64,000 nt of DNA from Promethearchaeota archaeon (GCA_048941015.1 JBHLNZ010000008.1:1-64000), one strand, 5' to 3'; positions 39,507 to 49,983 are shown, counted from the first letter of the stretch. The notes: generated by a model from the sequence alone, not told the origin. Translations and numbers: made by a program.

Positions 39507-39538
39507 TACTACAAAATAGTGTAGTAAATACTACTACA
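39507..39538. promoter_or_regulatory. Triple half-site operator TACTACA / TGTAGTA / TACTACA
   Basis: Half-sites at 39507-39513, 39520-39526 and 39532-39538, abutting TTTATATA, between divergent genes. Confidence 0.7.
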
Positions 39539-39556
39539 TTTATATAGTATGAATAA

Positions 39557-40729
39557 TTGGCATTATATATAAAATTAACCATTGGTTTACGAAAAATGGC
39601 AGAAAAATATGAATTAATGAAGGAAGATAATTTAGAAGTATATAAGAAATTGCGTCAGCATCTTGATAAATTACCTATTGGATACCCTGAAACAAAATCC
39701 GGAGTTGAAATGCGGATTTTAAAGCATTTATTTACTCTAGATCAAGCTGAAATTGCATTAAGTCTTGGATTTTATCCAGATAACATAAAAAAATTGCAGA
39801 GAAAATTAAAGAAATATAGTAGCGAAGAATTAGAGCATCGCTTAGATGAAATGTATTTTAAGGGTCTAATAAATCGAGGTATTAGAAATGAAAGCGGAAC
39901 AGAAGAAAAGTATTACGCTTTAGCACCCTTAGCAATAGGTATGTATGAATATCAATTAAATCAATTAACTCCAGAATTTTTTAGGGATGTGGAAGAGTAT
40001 TTCGATGAGGCATTCTTAGATGAGTTTAATAAAACTCATATCCCCCAGTTACGTACTATCCCTATAGAGCAGACTTTTGATTATGAACAAACTATTGCTT
40101 CATATGATGATTTAAGAAATGTGATTGAAAATATAGGAGGGCCAATTGCAGTGTTTGATTGTATCTGTAGAAAAGGTACTGATCTGATTGGTGAACCATG
40201 CAAAAAAACAGATCTCCGTGAATCGTGCTTTTCCTTCAGGACTGCTGCTAAAGTATACATTGAGAAAGGCCTTGGAAGAGAGATCAGCAAGGAAGAAGCT
40301 CTTAAAATATTAGAAAAGGCACAAGAAGATGGTTTAGTTCTTCAACCAGGAAATTCTCAACGACCAATGAATATATGTACATGCTGTGGTTGTTGCTGTG
40401 GGGTATTGTCGCATCAAAAGAAACTTGATGAACCAGCTCAATTTTTTGCAACAAATTTCTATGCTAAAGTTGATCCTGATGAATGTATCGGGTGTGGAAC
40501 TTGTGAAGAAAGATGTAATATGAACGCTGTTCACGTGGAAGATGCCATCGCAGTTGTGGATTTAGCTCGTTGTATTGGATGTGGTGCGTGCGTTCCAACT
40601 TGTACTTCCGAAGCAATAAAATTATATAAAAAAGAAGAAGAAATCATACCACCCAAGAGTACTGTAGAAACTTATTTAGCTATAATGGATAAAAAGGCGG
40701 AATTAGCTAGAGCAGAAAAAAGTAATTAA
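39557..40729 (+). CDS. 4Fe-4S dicluster protein (likely start MAEK at ~39596)
   Basis: CICR, ICTCCGCCC, CIGCGTCEERC, CIGCGACVPTC. Confidence 0.9.
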   Translation: MALYIKLTIGLRKMAEKYELMKEDNLEVYKKLRQHLDKLPIGYPETKSGVEMRILKHLFTLDQAEIALSLGFYPDNIKKLQRKLKKYSSEELEHRLDEMYFKGLINRGIRNESGTEEKYYALAPLAIGMYEYQLNQLTPEFFRDVEEYFDEAFLDEFNKTHIPQLRTIPIEQTFDYEQTIASYDDLRNVIENIGGPIAVFDCICRKGTDLIGEPCKKTDLRESCFSFRTAAKVYIEKGLGREISKEEALKILEKAQEDGLVLQPGNSQRPMNICTCCGCCCGVLSHQKKLDEPAQFFATNFYAKVDPDECIGCGTCEERCNMNAVHVEDAIAVVDLARCIGCGACVPTCTSEAIKLYKKEEEIIPPKSTVETYLAIMDKKAELARAEKSN

Positions 40730-40752
40730 ATTTTATCTATTTATAAATAAAC

Positions 40753-41778
40753 TTATTCTTTTTTTGAGTCGACTAAACTATAGTAGGAGGCAGGGCGCCC
40801 AATACCTTCATTATCAACTATTTCTTTTATTTTTCCATCTTTAATTAAATATGTTAAAATTTCTTTTAGTTTTCCGCCTCCTATTCTTGACTTAGTACTT
40901 AGATCTCTGGTTTTAATTGATTTATGCTTCTCAATTATATCTAAAACGTTTTGAATAGGCTCTGGATACTCAATTGCTACTTTTTTAATAATCGTTAAAA
41001 CGTCTAAATAATTTTTTGCCTGTTTTGCAAAATTTCCTCGAAATCCATCACAATGAAAAACCTCATTCTCTCTAAATATTATTGCGTTTAAATAATTCTC
41101 ATCCAATAAAATGTGCCCAATATTTACAATATCATCGTTATATCTTACTACTTGGCATGTACGCTCTTCAGTCTGAATTATTTCCATTCTAATTCTCTTT
41201 AAAGTATCGGTTAATTCTTCAAAATAATTAGGATAATATTCAAAATCTGAAAGAGAAAAATAGATCCTAATGTCTAAGCCTCTTATAAAAGCATCATAGA
41301 GGACTGGTTCTAGCTTTCTAAGTACAAAAGGCGGTAATGAGGTCATTACAATTTCTTCCTTTGTATCATAAATAAGATCAAATAAATTTTCTATTGCAAG
41401 GTTAATATTGGAGTAATGGTAAAATGAAACATCTTTCAAGCATCGACCGAATTTACTCTGTTGAATCTGGAGTTCTTCGTCTAAAGTTCTTATATTTTGT
41501 TTAAATTTATCGAATTTATTATTTAGTAATTCTGTTAAAGCGATTTTTGGATTTGTTCTGTAATAAATCTTGGGTTTTGAATCAGTAGAAGACTCAACTA
41601 GGTTTTTCTCTTCTAAAAAGAGTAGATTGTGATATACTTGGGTATAAGAGTAATTTAATTCATTTTTGATATCTATTATAGTTCCAAATTTATTTTTCAA
41701 TAAATATTGATAGATATTCAATTGAATATCAGAAAAACCAAAATCATTAAGGAAGGAGATTAGACTGGAATTTATCAT
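40753..41778 (-). CDS. TrmB-family regulator with additional C-terminal wHTH (start taken at MINSS)
   Basis: FGFSDIQLNIYQYLL...QVYHNLLFLEEKNLV...KPKIY; C-terminal GIGRPASYY. Confidence 0.85.
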   Translation of the reverse strand: MINSSLISFLNDFGFSDIQLNIYQYLLKNKFGTIIDIKNELNYSYTQVYHNLLFLEEKNLVESSTDSKPKIYYRTNPKIALTELLNNKFDKFKQNIRTLDEELQIQQSKFGRCLKDVSFYHYSNINLAIENLFDLIYDTKEEIVMTSLPPFVLRKLEPVLYDAFIRGLDIRIYFSLSDFEYYPNYFEELTDTLKRIRMEIIQTEERTCQVVRYNDDIVNIGHILLDENYLNAIIFRENEVFHCDGFRGNFAKQAKNYLDVLTIIKKVAIEYPEPIQNVLDIIEKHKSIKTRDLSTKSRIGGGKLKEILTYLIKDGKIKEIVDNEGIGRPASYYSLVDSKKE

Positions 41779-41820
41779 TATAAATAAAAAACGGATTGTA
41801 GTTATGTACTTATTAAAATA

Positions 41821-41878
41821 ATTTGTGACATGATTTAAAAATATTTTGTATGGCAAATAATTTTTTATTGTCACAAAT
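41821..41878. promoter_or_regulatory. Inverted repeat ATTTGTGACA-N38-TGTCACAAAT
   Basis: Perfect 10-bp arms in the divergent promoter region between TrmB and the 43-aa ORF. Confidence 0.6.
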
Positions 41879-41933
41879 AATATATTACCTTAATATCCAT
41901 TAAAAATAAATTAAGAAAATTAATGTGAAAAAA

Positions 41934-42065
41934 ATGGCAGTATGTAAAGATTGTAAATTTTACAAACCAATTGATGATACTAAGGGAGATTGTTTTGGTC
42001 ATGAAGTACCAGCAAATTTAGATGCTGACAAATGCCCAACAAACAGTTTTCAACCAAGAAATTAA
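41934..42065 (+). CDS. 43-aa Cys4 protein resembling glycyl-radical-enzyme Fe-S small subunits (BssC/HpdC-like); not in ORF track
   Basis: MAVCKDCKFYKPIDDTKGDCFGHEVPANLDADKCPTNSFQPRN; stop 3 nt before the next gene. Confidence 0.8.
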   Translation: MAVCKDCKFYKPIDDTKGDCFGHEVPANLDADKCPTNSFQPRN

Positions 42066-42068
42066 AAG

Positions 42069-42701
42069 GTGATTAATTTGCCCTCAAAAATCGATTTCAA
42101 AAAGACCATGAAAGAATTATATCAACCAAGCTCGAAAGAAGTTGTTAATGTTAAAGTTCCTAGTATGCAATTTTTAATGATTGATGGCATAGGTTCTCCA
42201 GGAGATGCTCAGGAATACTTAGATGCTCTTGCTACTCTTTATCCCGTAGCTTTTAAAATCAAGTTCTTAAGCAAGGCAAATGGTAAAGATTATGTAGTTG
42301 CTCCTTTAGAGGGGTTATGGTGGGCAGATAATATGAGTGATTTTACAGAAGGAAAACGCGATAAATGGAAATGGACAATGATGATAATGCAACCTAATTG
42401 GATAACGAAAGAAATGGTTGATGAAACAATAAAAGTAACGAAAAAAAATAAACCTGAACTCCTTGGAGGAATCAAAAAACTTAGATTTGAAAAATATAAT
42501 GAAGGAAAATGTGCTCAGATAATGCACATCGGCCCATATTCAGAAGAGGGCCCTACAGTCAAAAAGGTTCACGATTTTATAGAAAAGCAAAATGGGAAAT
42601 TCGACGGGCACGTTCAGAAGCACCACGAGATCTATCTAAGCGATCCAAGAAGAGCAAAACCCGAAAATATGAAGACTATAATAAGACAACCTTATTTATA
42701 A
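42069..42701 (+). CDS. GyrI-like small-molecule-binding protein
   Basis: FLMIDG, PLEGLWW, HIGPYSEE, HHEIYLSDPR, TIIRQP. Confidence 0.9.
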   Translation: MINLPSKIDFKKTMKELYQPSSKEVVNVKVPSMQFLMIDGIGSPGDAQEYLDALATLYPVAFKIKFLSKANGKDYVVAPLEGLWWADNMSDFTEGKRDKWKWTMMIMQPNWITKEMVDETIKVTKKNKPELLGGIKKLRFEKYNEGKCAQIMHIGPYSEEGPTVKKVHDFIEKQNGKFDGHVQKHHEIYLSDPRRAKPENMKTIIRQPYL

Positions 42702-42806
42702 AAAAAATTAATCTTTTATTTCTTTTTTAACGTAAAGAGCAAATATTTTTAATATCTTCAACTAATTCTTTATTAATCAAAAAATATACTTAGGGGATTA
42801 TGATTT

Positions 42807-43190
42807 ATGCCTGAGAATTTTGGAGATTCAATAAAGAGGATTTATGAACCTTTAAACCAGTCGGAAAAATTTAAAGAAAAATATAAAGAAGAGCAATTTA
42901 AAGTGCTTTTAAATCCTAAAGATGGCGATTATGCTGCCTTATTATCAATTGATAAAGGAAAAATTTCTGTTGAAAGCATTAGAAATAAACCTAAACTGAA
43001 TTTAGATAAAGAAACTTTAGGGTGGGATGGCTTCCTACAAACTAAAATAGAAATATTCAAAGATATTGGCGATGGAAAGCTTAAGGGCGGAGATATAGTA
43101 AAGAAAGTAGTTACAGGTAAGATTAAAGTAAGGGGGCCAAAATTTTTAACCCAATTTGCTGAATTAGGCTCTATATTAAAAGAAGACTAA
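42807..43190 (+). CDS. SCP2 sterol-carrier-like protein
   Basis: C-terminal VVTGKIKVRG pattern; size fits. Confidence 0.65.
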   Translation: MPENFGDSIKRIYEPLNQSEKFKEKYKEEQFKVLLNPKDGDYAALLSIDKGKISVESIRNKPKLNLDKETLGWDGFLQTKIEIFKDIGDGKLKGGDIVKKVVTGKIKVRGPKFLTQFAELGSILKED

Positions 43191-43321
43191 TCATTTTCTT
43201 TTTTATTTTATTAAGTTTGAATAAACATTCATTATATACCACTATATACCATAGATTTATATAACTTGATCTTTTATCTTGACTAAAATTGTTTTAATAA
43301 TAAATTGGTGAAGTCAAAAAA

Positions 43322-43900
43322 ATGAGTAGTGAAGAGATTAGTAGCGAAGCCTTTTGGAAAAAAAAGATCAAAGATCATAAGATTGCATTTATAATTATGA
43401 TTATTGCAGGTGCTTGTGCAATTCTTGGATTACTACTAGTATTATTCTGGTTTATAGGTGCATCTCCTCTCGGGGGTAATGGAACTTGGACTTTCAATCA
43501 ATGGTCAGTAGGCACATTATTATTATTTTTTGTGTTTTTGGTTTTATTTGAGCTTTTGTTTGTTGGCGTTCCAGCAGCTCTATTTTTTGGAATTGGAGGA
43601 TATTTATGGTGGCGAAGATTACCAACTGAAGAAAAACAAGAATTTAAAGACAGAGAGAAGAAAGAGACTCATAAAAAGAGAAACTGGGGTGGTGGGGGTG
43701 GATTTAGTTTCTTTATATTCCTTGCTTATTGTATTTATTTAGCAGTTGATGGTAACTTCAATACAGCATTTGGTACTTATCCCTATACTTATTGGCTCTA
43801 TACATGGTTCCTAACAATAATGTGGATTGTGATTGTGCTTGGTGTTCCAGCTGGTATAATTTTACTTATTGTCTACTTTAAAGTATGGCGAAAAAAATAA
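43322..43900 (+). CDS. 4-TM membrane protein of unknown function
   Basis: Four hydrophobic segments with an internal repeat; TATATACCA direct repeat upstream (~43233-43251). Confidence 0.8.
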   Translation: MSSEEISSEAFWKKKIKDHKIAFIIMIIAGACAILGLLLVLFWFIGASPLGGNGTWTFNQWSVGTLLLFFVFLVLFELLFVGVPAALFFGIGGYLWWRRLPTEEKQEFKDREKKETHKKRNWGGGGGFSFFIFLAYCIYLAVDGNFNTAFGTYPYTYWLYTWFLTIMWIVIVLGVPAGIILLIVYFKVWRKK

Positions 43901-43915
43901 TTGTAAAATAAGCTA

Positions 43916-43928
43916 TTTTTTTTTTTTT
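43916..43928 (+). terminator. Oligo-T archaeal terminator candidate
   Basis: 13-T run 15 nt after the stop codon, between convergent genes. Confidence 0.5.
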
Positions 43929-43947
43929 ATTTAAAAAGTAAATGAAT

Positions 43948-46212
43948 TTAATTATCTAAAGTTTGAAAGATAGCTTTATTTATCAATTCTAAGATAATAT
44001 TTGCGTCCTTTACTTGAAATCCCTCTTTAAGTGAAAATAATTTCGAAACATAGAAGTGATTTGTATTACTTATTTTCATAATTTCTTTTGCTTTACTTAT
44101 CATTGATTTTTCGGTCTTATTCATCTTAATCTTCACGGATTCATCAATTTTTAATGGATAAATCAGCTTTATAGGTAATCTATTTTCAATTAAATCTTTA
44201 ATACCTTCGAATTTGGAGATTTCTCCATCGAAATTTTGAAATAGATTTCCATATTTCTCATCAATGTCGTATGATAAGGTTTTAATTGAATCCAAAAAAT
44301 CTTCAGAAGGATTTTCCTTCATAATTAAGGTCATTCTGAAATTTTTAAACTCAGCCATTAAAATCTTTGATTCTTGGTATTCAAGCCGAATAGTTTGGGA
44401 TTGCTTATTAGAGCCAGTAAGGTCAATTCCAAATGACCGAATTGCTTGTAAAAATCCCGAAATAAGAGTAGGGTTGAGTTTCTTACTGGCGAGAATTTGA
44501 TCATAAACATTAATACCTCCTTCTTTTTCAAGAACCATAATGTAATCCAAGTTTAAAATATCCATGTATTTATTGTATATCGCTTTTCTGTATTCTTCTC
44601 TTTGTTTTTTAATTCTTTTAATCAATTTAAATGAGGTAAAACCACCAGCAGCACTTACGGCACCTATTATCGAAATTGATGCGATTAAAATTGGAATAAT
44701 ATCGATATTTACGGAAAAAGTTTGAATCTTTAATCCCGCAGCAGAATTATTATTCCAAAAAACAGCTGCAGTATACGCTCCTTCATTCGGATTTGAAGAA
44801 AGCGTATAAGATAAAACAATCTCTTCTGAAGTAATTTCAATAATTTCAATAGATTCATTATATTCTGGATAATCGAACGGATCATATAAAATATAAGTAA
44901 GATTTCCTGGTATAATTGGGGGTAAAACAGAAAATTTTAAATCTTGATCTGGTTCATATGCTACTTTTGGAACCTCTAAAGTGAGTTCCATATTATTTGA
45001 TTGCGCAGAAATGACCCAATCAGAATCAAGAGTAATAGTTTCATTTGGGATAATTATATAATCAGAAGTAAGATTGATTTGAGATGTAATATCTTGCCCA
45101 TTTCTGAGTACCAAAAGGTTGAACCAATTTTTAGGATATTCAAATTTGAAGGTGTAATTATTTGAAATTCTTGATATGTCTGGAATTAGTGTCCAATTAT
45201 TATATGAATTTTGTTTAATTAAGAGGTTGCCTGCTGAAATGATTGCATTCTTCAATCCAATTTTATATGAGAGATTAAAGTACAATTCAATAGAATTATT
45301 ATTACTAATAAAAACGTCTAAATAATTCTTATTGGGAGAAAAATCTATTCCAGTCACTGTTAAATTTCCTGTGCCAATTTCAAATCCATCTATGATATTG
45401 TAAATTTCATTATTTATTTCAGCAGTCATATTGATACTTTCAGGATAATAAGTTCTATTTACCCTTTGAATTAGTTTATGTAGAAAAGGTGAACCTTCTT
45501 TACCTTGTCCCCATATCCAATTCATAAGAACTCTGCTAAATTGAGAAATATGTAGGGTTGGATAGATTGGGCTTAAATTATTATAAAACCAATAAATAAG
45601 AGTATCATCAGATGCAACAAGACTTGAACCATTCAACACAAAATAGTAATTTCCTGGTTGCAGTAAGACAGGGCTTCCAAAAACCTGATTATACCACCCT
45701 AAATTTTGAGACATATTTAATTCTATACTAGCGTAAATAGAATCATTTGGTCTGTCAATAAGATCACTATAACCACGTATTTGAACAAGTATCTTTTCTA
45801 AACCCTTTTCTATAGGTGCTGCTCCATATATTTGAACTCCAAAAATTGTTGTTTCTTCAGTCAATTTTATTTGTACTCCAAGACCTCTAATTTCACTATT
45901 TAACACTCCAAAACCGACAGTTGTATTATCCTCAATCGTCTTAACTTCACGATCTAGTTTAATGTTAGTAAAATTCAGTTCCAAATTTGTCACATTCCAA
46001 GTATCTAAAGTTAAAGGAATTTCTATAGAGCTATTACTTTCCATAGAATCCATAATGTCCGCATACTCCATCATACTAGCATTAATTGGTTGATTTAGAT
46101 AAATATAAGGAGCTTGAGCTTTAGAAATTTGGAATGAATCTACCATATTAAGAGAAAAAATTAAAATAAGTAAGAAGTATAAGAAACACTTTAAAACTTT
46201 AGATTTTTTCAT
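43948..46212 (-). CDS. Single-pass ectodomain + longin-like protein (paralog B1)
   Basis: Same layout as 16913; LNPTLISGFLQAIRSFG; tail FYVSKLF. Confidence 0.8.
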   Translation of the reverse strand: MKKSKVLKCFLYFLLILIFSLNMVDSFQISKAQAPYIYLNQPINASMMEYADIMDSMESNSSIEIPLTLDTWNVTNLELNFTNIKLDREVKTIEDNTTVGFGVLNSEIRGLGVQIKLTEETTIFGVQIYGAAPIEKGLEKILVQIRGYSDLIDRPNDSIYASIELNMSQNLGWYNQVFGSPVLLQPGNYYFVLNGSSLVASDDTLIYWFYNNLSPIYPTLHISQFSRVLMNWIWGQGKEGSPFLHKLIQRVNRTYYPESINMTAEINNEIYNIIDGFEIGTGNLTVTGIDFSPNKNYLDVFISNNNSIELYFNLSYKIGLKNAIISAGNLLIKQNSYNNWTLIPDISRISNNYTFKFEYPKNWFNLLVLRNGQDITSQINLTSDYIIIPNETITLDSDWVISAQSNNMELTLEVPKVAYEPDQDLKFSVLPPIIPGNLTYILYDPFDYPEYNESIEIIEITSEEIVLSYTLSSNPNEGAYTAAVFWNNNSAAGLKIQTFSVNIDIIPILIASISIIGAVSAAGGFTSFKLIKRIKKQREEYRKAIYNKYMDILNLDYIMVLEKEGGINVYDQILASKKLNPTLISGFLQAIRSFGIDLTGSNKQSQTIRLEYQESKILMAEFKNFRMTLIMKENPSEDFLDSIKTLSYDIDEKYGNLFQNFDGEISKFEGIKDLIENRLPIKLIYPLKIDESVKIKMNKTEKSMISKAKEIMKISNTNHFYVSKLFSLKEGFQVKDANIILELINKAIFQTLDN

Positions 46213-46422
46213 TAAATCCCCCTTTTATTAAATACATTTTTGTCTATTAGATTAGCTTTTAAAAATCATATCTTAATTTTCTTATTTAAATTTTCATTCT
46301 AAAATTTCTAAAAATTATAAAATTAAAACATAATGTAATGAATTAATTATGTTCTTGAATTGGATCGAAAATCTTTCTTAAAAAGAATTAGGTATAATGA
46401 TTTCCAATTTAAAGAAATAAGT

Positions 46423-48690
46423 CTAAGCTTTTGTTGTTGGGGTAAAGACTCCTTTATGTAATAAATCCAATATTGTTTTGTAATCTTTTGGAGTACACAC
46501 ATTCTCAGGGAGCAAATAAACTGAATAAAAGTAATTAAAATTATTTTCTCTCATAAATTTCATTGCTTGATCAACCATTTCTTTCTCTGCTTGGCTCAAT
46601 TTGATATGTTTCGATAAATCAATTTTTAGAGGGGATAAGAATGAGGTTGTAAGGTGCTTTTCAATAAGATCATCAATACCTCTAAATTGCTTTATATTTC
46701 CTGAAAAAGTATCAATTAAATTACCATATGTTTTAAAGATATCATAGGCTAAATCTTCTATCAAATATAAGAAATTACGAGAAGGTTGTTCTTTTAATAT
46801 AGTAATAAGCCTTAGATTTACGAACTCAGTCATTAGCATTAATGAATCTTTATATTCTAATTTCACAGTACGTGAATCTTTCGCTGCTTCTGAAACCTCT
46901 GTTCCAAAAGATCTAATAGCTTGAAGAAATCCTGAAATTAAGGAGGTATCTAATTTTTTTGCCGCAAAAGTTCTGGAAAATATGTCAATACCCGATTTAT
47001 TTTCAATAACAATAATATATTGTAAATTAAGGATATCATTACATTTGTTTAAGATGCTTTCTAGCTTTCCTCTTCTTACTGTGCTTAATTTCTTTACAGC
47101 AATATAAGTAGACCCACCTATTGCTGCACCAATTATAGAAATTAACAAAATAATCAACCCCAATGGATTATTATTATTGGGTATAGAAATTGTAATATTA
47201 AACTGTTGATATTGAACTCCTGCATCTGTTCCATTAAAGAAGAACAAATAAGCAAAATAAGTACCTTCAACTGCATTGGAAGGGATTTCATAAGAGAAAA
47301 TGAAATCACTTGTGGGATTCAATATTGAAAATCTATGTTCTTCAAATCCCGAGGGATCACTTAAGAGAAATGTATAATTTCCCGCTATAGGATTTAAAAT
47401 GGAAAATCTCAATTCCTGTCCAAGGTTATATTCTGTTTTAGGAGCATTTATTTCTAAAGGAATATAAGGAGAATAGGCTTGAATCTCCCATTCTGCACCA
47501 TTTGATATCATGTCATCTGGTATAAAAATATAGTTTTCAATGTTGTTAATTTCTACTCCTGAAGAAATATTTACTTGATCTTTATAAACAGTTAAATTCT
47601 CCCAGCTGCTTGGATAATCAAATCTAACTGAGTAATTATTTGAAGCCCTAGTAATACTAGGGGTTATGCTCCATTTATTTGATGAACTCAAATTTATTGT
47701 GAGAAGAGATTGGCTAAAAAATTGATGATCAATATAAATTTTGCTACTTACATCAAACTTTAGATAACTAGAACGATTATTATAGACAGAAATAGTATAA
47801 GGTGTGATTGAAGGAAAAAAAGTCAAACCAGATTGTTTAATAGTACCTTCTCCAGCGGAAGATCCATTAGAAACCGTGTGAAAAACATTATTTATCTTAA
47901 TAGTCATATTATTATTTTCCGGATAAAAAGATACATTTAATTTGCGATAAAGCTTGTATAAAAAGGGAGCTCCATAATCTCCAGCGTTCCATTGATTAGT
48001 GTAATTTAAGGTATACAAACTATTATCCAAAGGATCAATTGCGTTATATGCCCAGTAGAATCCAACATCATATCCCGGATTATATATAGGAAGAGAAGAT
48101 CCGTTTAATACAAGAAAATAATTACCAACATTTAATGGTTGGGTAGTGAAATTCTGAAAGTACCATCCAGGAGTAGTAGAAATATTTAAATTAGTTGAAC
48201 CATAAACCGTATTATTTGGAATGTTATTAAAACTGTCATATCCTCTTAATTGTATCTGCGGAGTGCCTATATGAGAGCCATTATATCCATAGATATAGAT
48301 ACCATGGATAATTGAAGGTTCTGTTAAGTTTATTTGCACTGCTAAACCTAAAACCTTTTGAGGTCCATTTTTATAAAATACTCGTTTATAGGTACCATGA
48401 AAGGTATCTTCCATAGTAACATTATCAATACCAAATTCGATATTAGTAAAGTTTAAATCAATAGCATTAAGCTGCCAAGAGCTAGAAGGTAAATTTATAT
48501 TAACCTCGGTGGTATTTTGTAGTTCATTATCTATTGTTGCGTTTTCATTGAGTTCAAAATAAGTATTAATGTTTAATGAACCTTCAACTCCATTAGCTTC
48601 GACTATTTGCGAATTGGACAAAATTCCAAATAGAATAAATCCAATGATTGAAATTATTAAAATAAACCTTAAGAAATCAGCCTTCCTCAT
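46423..48690 (-). CDS. Single-pass ectodomain + longin-like protein (paralog A2)
   Basis: LDTSLISGFLQAIRSFG; tail PENVCTPKDY matches 16913 PENTCSPKDY. Confidence 0.8.
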   Translation of the reverse strand: MRKADFLRFILIISIIGFILFGILSNSQIVEANGVEGSLNINTYFELNENATIDNELQNTTEVNINLPSSSWQLNAIDLNFTNIEFGIDNVTMEDTFHGTYKRVFYKNGPQKVLGLAVQINLTEPSIIHGIYIYGYNGSHIGTPQIQLRGYDSFNNIPNNTVYGSTNLNISTTPGWYFQNFTTQPLNVGNYFLVLNGSSLPIYNPGYDVGFYWAYNAIDPLDNSLYTLNYTNQWNAGDYGAPFLYKLYRKLNVSFYPENNNMTIKINNVFHTVSNGSSAGEGTIKQSGLTFFPSITPYTISVYNNRSSYLKFDVSSKIYIDHQFFSQSLLTINLSSSNKWSITPSITRASNNYSVRFDYPSSWENLTVYKDQVNISSGVEINNIENYIFIPDDMISNGAEWEIQAYSPYIPLEINAPKTEYNLGQELRFSILNPIAGNYTFLLSDPSGFEEHRFSILNPTSDFIFSYEIPSNAVEGTYFAYLFFFNGTDAGVQYQQFNITISIPNNNNPLGLIILLISIIGAAIGGSTYIAVKKLSTVRRGKLESILNKCNDILNLQYIIVIENKSGIDIFSRTFAAKKLDTSLISGFLQAIRSFGTEVSEAAKDSRTVKLEYKDSLMLMTEFVNLRLITILKEQPSRNFLYLIEDLAYDIFKTYGNLIDTFSGNIKQFRGIDDLIEKHLTTSFLSPLKIDLSKHIKLSQAEKEMVDQAMKFMRENNFNYFYSVYLLPENVCTPKDYKTILDLLHKGVFTPTTKA

Positions 48691-48869
48691 ATCATTCTGT
48701 AAATTATATATTCTTGAAGTTTAAAAAGATTTTGATTATTAGCTATTAATGTCAAAAATATTCAAAATTGTATATAGATATTAAATAAAAATTTTATCTT
48801 TTAGTTATTAGTTCTAATATTTTTACTTTATTTATAACTTTTTAAAACCAAAATTATTATAAGAAAGGA

Positions 48870-49793
48870 TTAAGTTAGAAGATAAAATATGAAAGAGATT
48901 AGTCCTAAAGTTAACATTACTAAACCCATTGATCGTCCCATGATTTTAGCAGATAATTTCTGAATAAATATTGAGGATGTTATTCCGGTGATTATAGACC
49001 CTATTGCTAAATAGAAAGTTAATTCCAAATCATAATAAAACTGACCTTTAATAATAATTCCCAGAACTTGATAGATGATAAAAGTACTAGCACTAACTAA
49101 TATACTCAATAATAAGGCAGTCCCAACTCCTTTCTTTAGTGGGTATCCATAAAGGATTATTAATGCTAAAACAATAACTAAACCAGAATTAGCACCAAAC
49201 ATACCTGAATTTATACCCATAAATATACCGAAACCAAGTGCTAAGATATAAAAAATTCTAGAATTTGTTGGGATTATTCCTTCAATTTCGTCAGATTCAA
49301 CATCAAGTTGCTCGGCTATCTTTTTTTCCAATTCTGTTAATTTTATTTCATCTCCTTTCTTTTTTAATGCTCGATAAGCTATGTTCTGAACAGTCTTTTT
49401 AACAGATTCTTTAGTTGGAAATCCTATTTTTACAAATAAAGCACCTAAACATGTAATAAATAAGGGAAGAAACCAGCCAAAAATCGATCCTAAAGGTGTA
49501 GTCATTAATACTAAGACTCCGAAAAATGCAACTGTTATTGCTATAACTACTAATAGTAAAATATCCTTTCTAACCTTAAATTGCTTATTTTTAATAAACA
49601 TGATGCTTGTTGTAGAAGCGGTAATTAAATCATTTAATACATTTATTGCTATTGATAAAAAAACATCTCCAGTTATTAAAAAAATAAGTGGAAAAACTAC
49701 TCCTTGTCCTGTTTGACCTATAAAACTTACACTAATGCCAACGAGAGCTCCTATTACGAGTAGAAGGATAATCTGATAAAGTTCTAGACTCAT
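48870..49793 (-). CDS. TauE/SafE (TSUP) family transporter
   Basis: Two repeats of four TM; SGMFGANSG...YPLKKGVGT. Confidence 0.8.
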   Translation of the reverse strand: MSLELYQIILLLVIGALVGISVSFIGQTGQGVVFPLIFLITGDVFLSIAINVLNDLITASTTSIMFIKNKQFKVRKDILLLVVIAITVAFFGVLVLMTTPLGSIFGWFLPLFITCLGALFVKIGFPTKESVKKTVQNIAYRALKKKGDEIKLTELEKKIAEQLDVESDEIEGIIPTNSRIFYILALGFGIFMGINSGMFGANSGLVIVLALIILYGYPLKKGVGTALLLSILVSASTFIIYQVLGIIIKGQFYYDLELTFYLAIGSIITGITSSIFIQKLSAKIMGRSMGLVMLTLGLISFIFYLLT

Positions 49794-49983
49794 AATTTTG
49801 ATATCCTATATTTGATTTAGATAAAAATTTAATGAAATAATAAATTTCTAATTTTTTAAAAAGGATTTGGAATTATAAATTCAATATTTTTTTTCTAAAA
49901 ACTTCTGATATGAAGTTATCTTTATATTTTTTTGGAACAAATTACATCTTAAATTAAAATAATATGAAATAAAAGATTTTTTT

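Noticed and set aside
40753-41874. ORF-track start of TrmB at 41874
   Set aside because: The extension runs through the inverted-repeat promoter region; the ATG at 41778 fits the TrmB N-terminus better.
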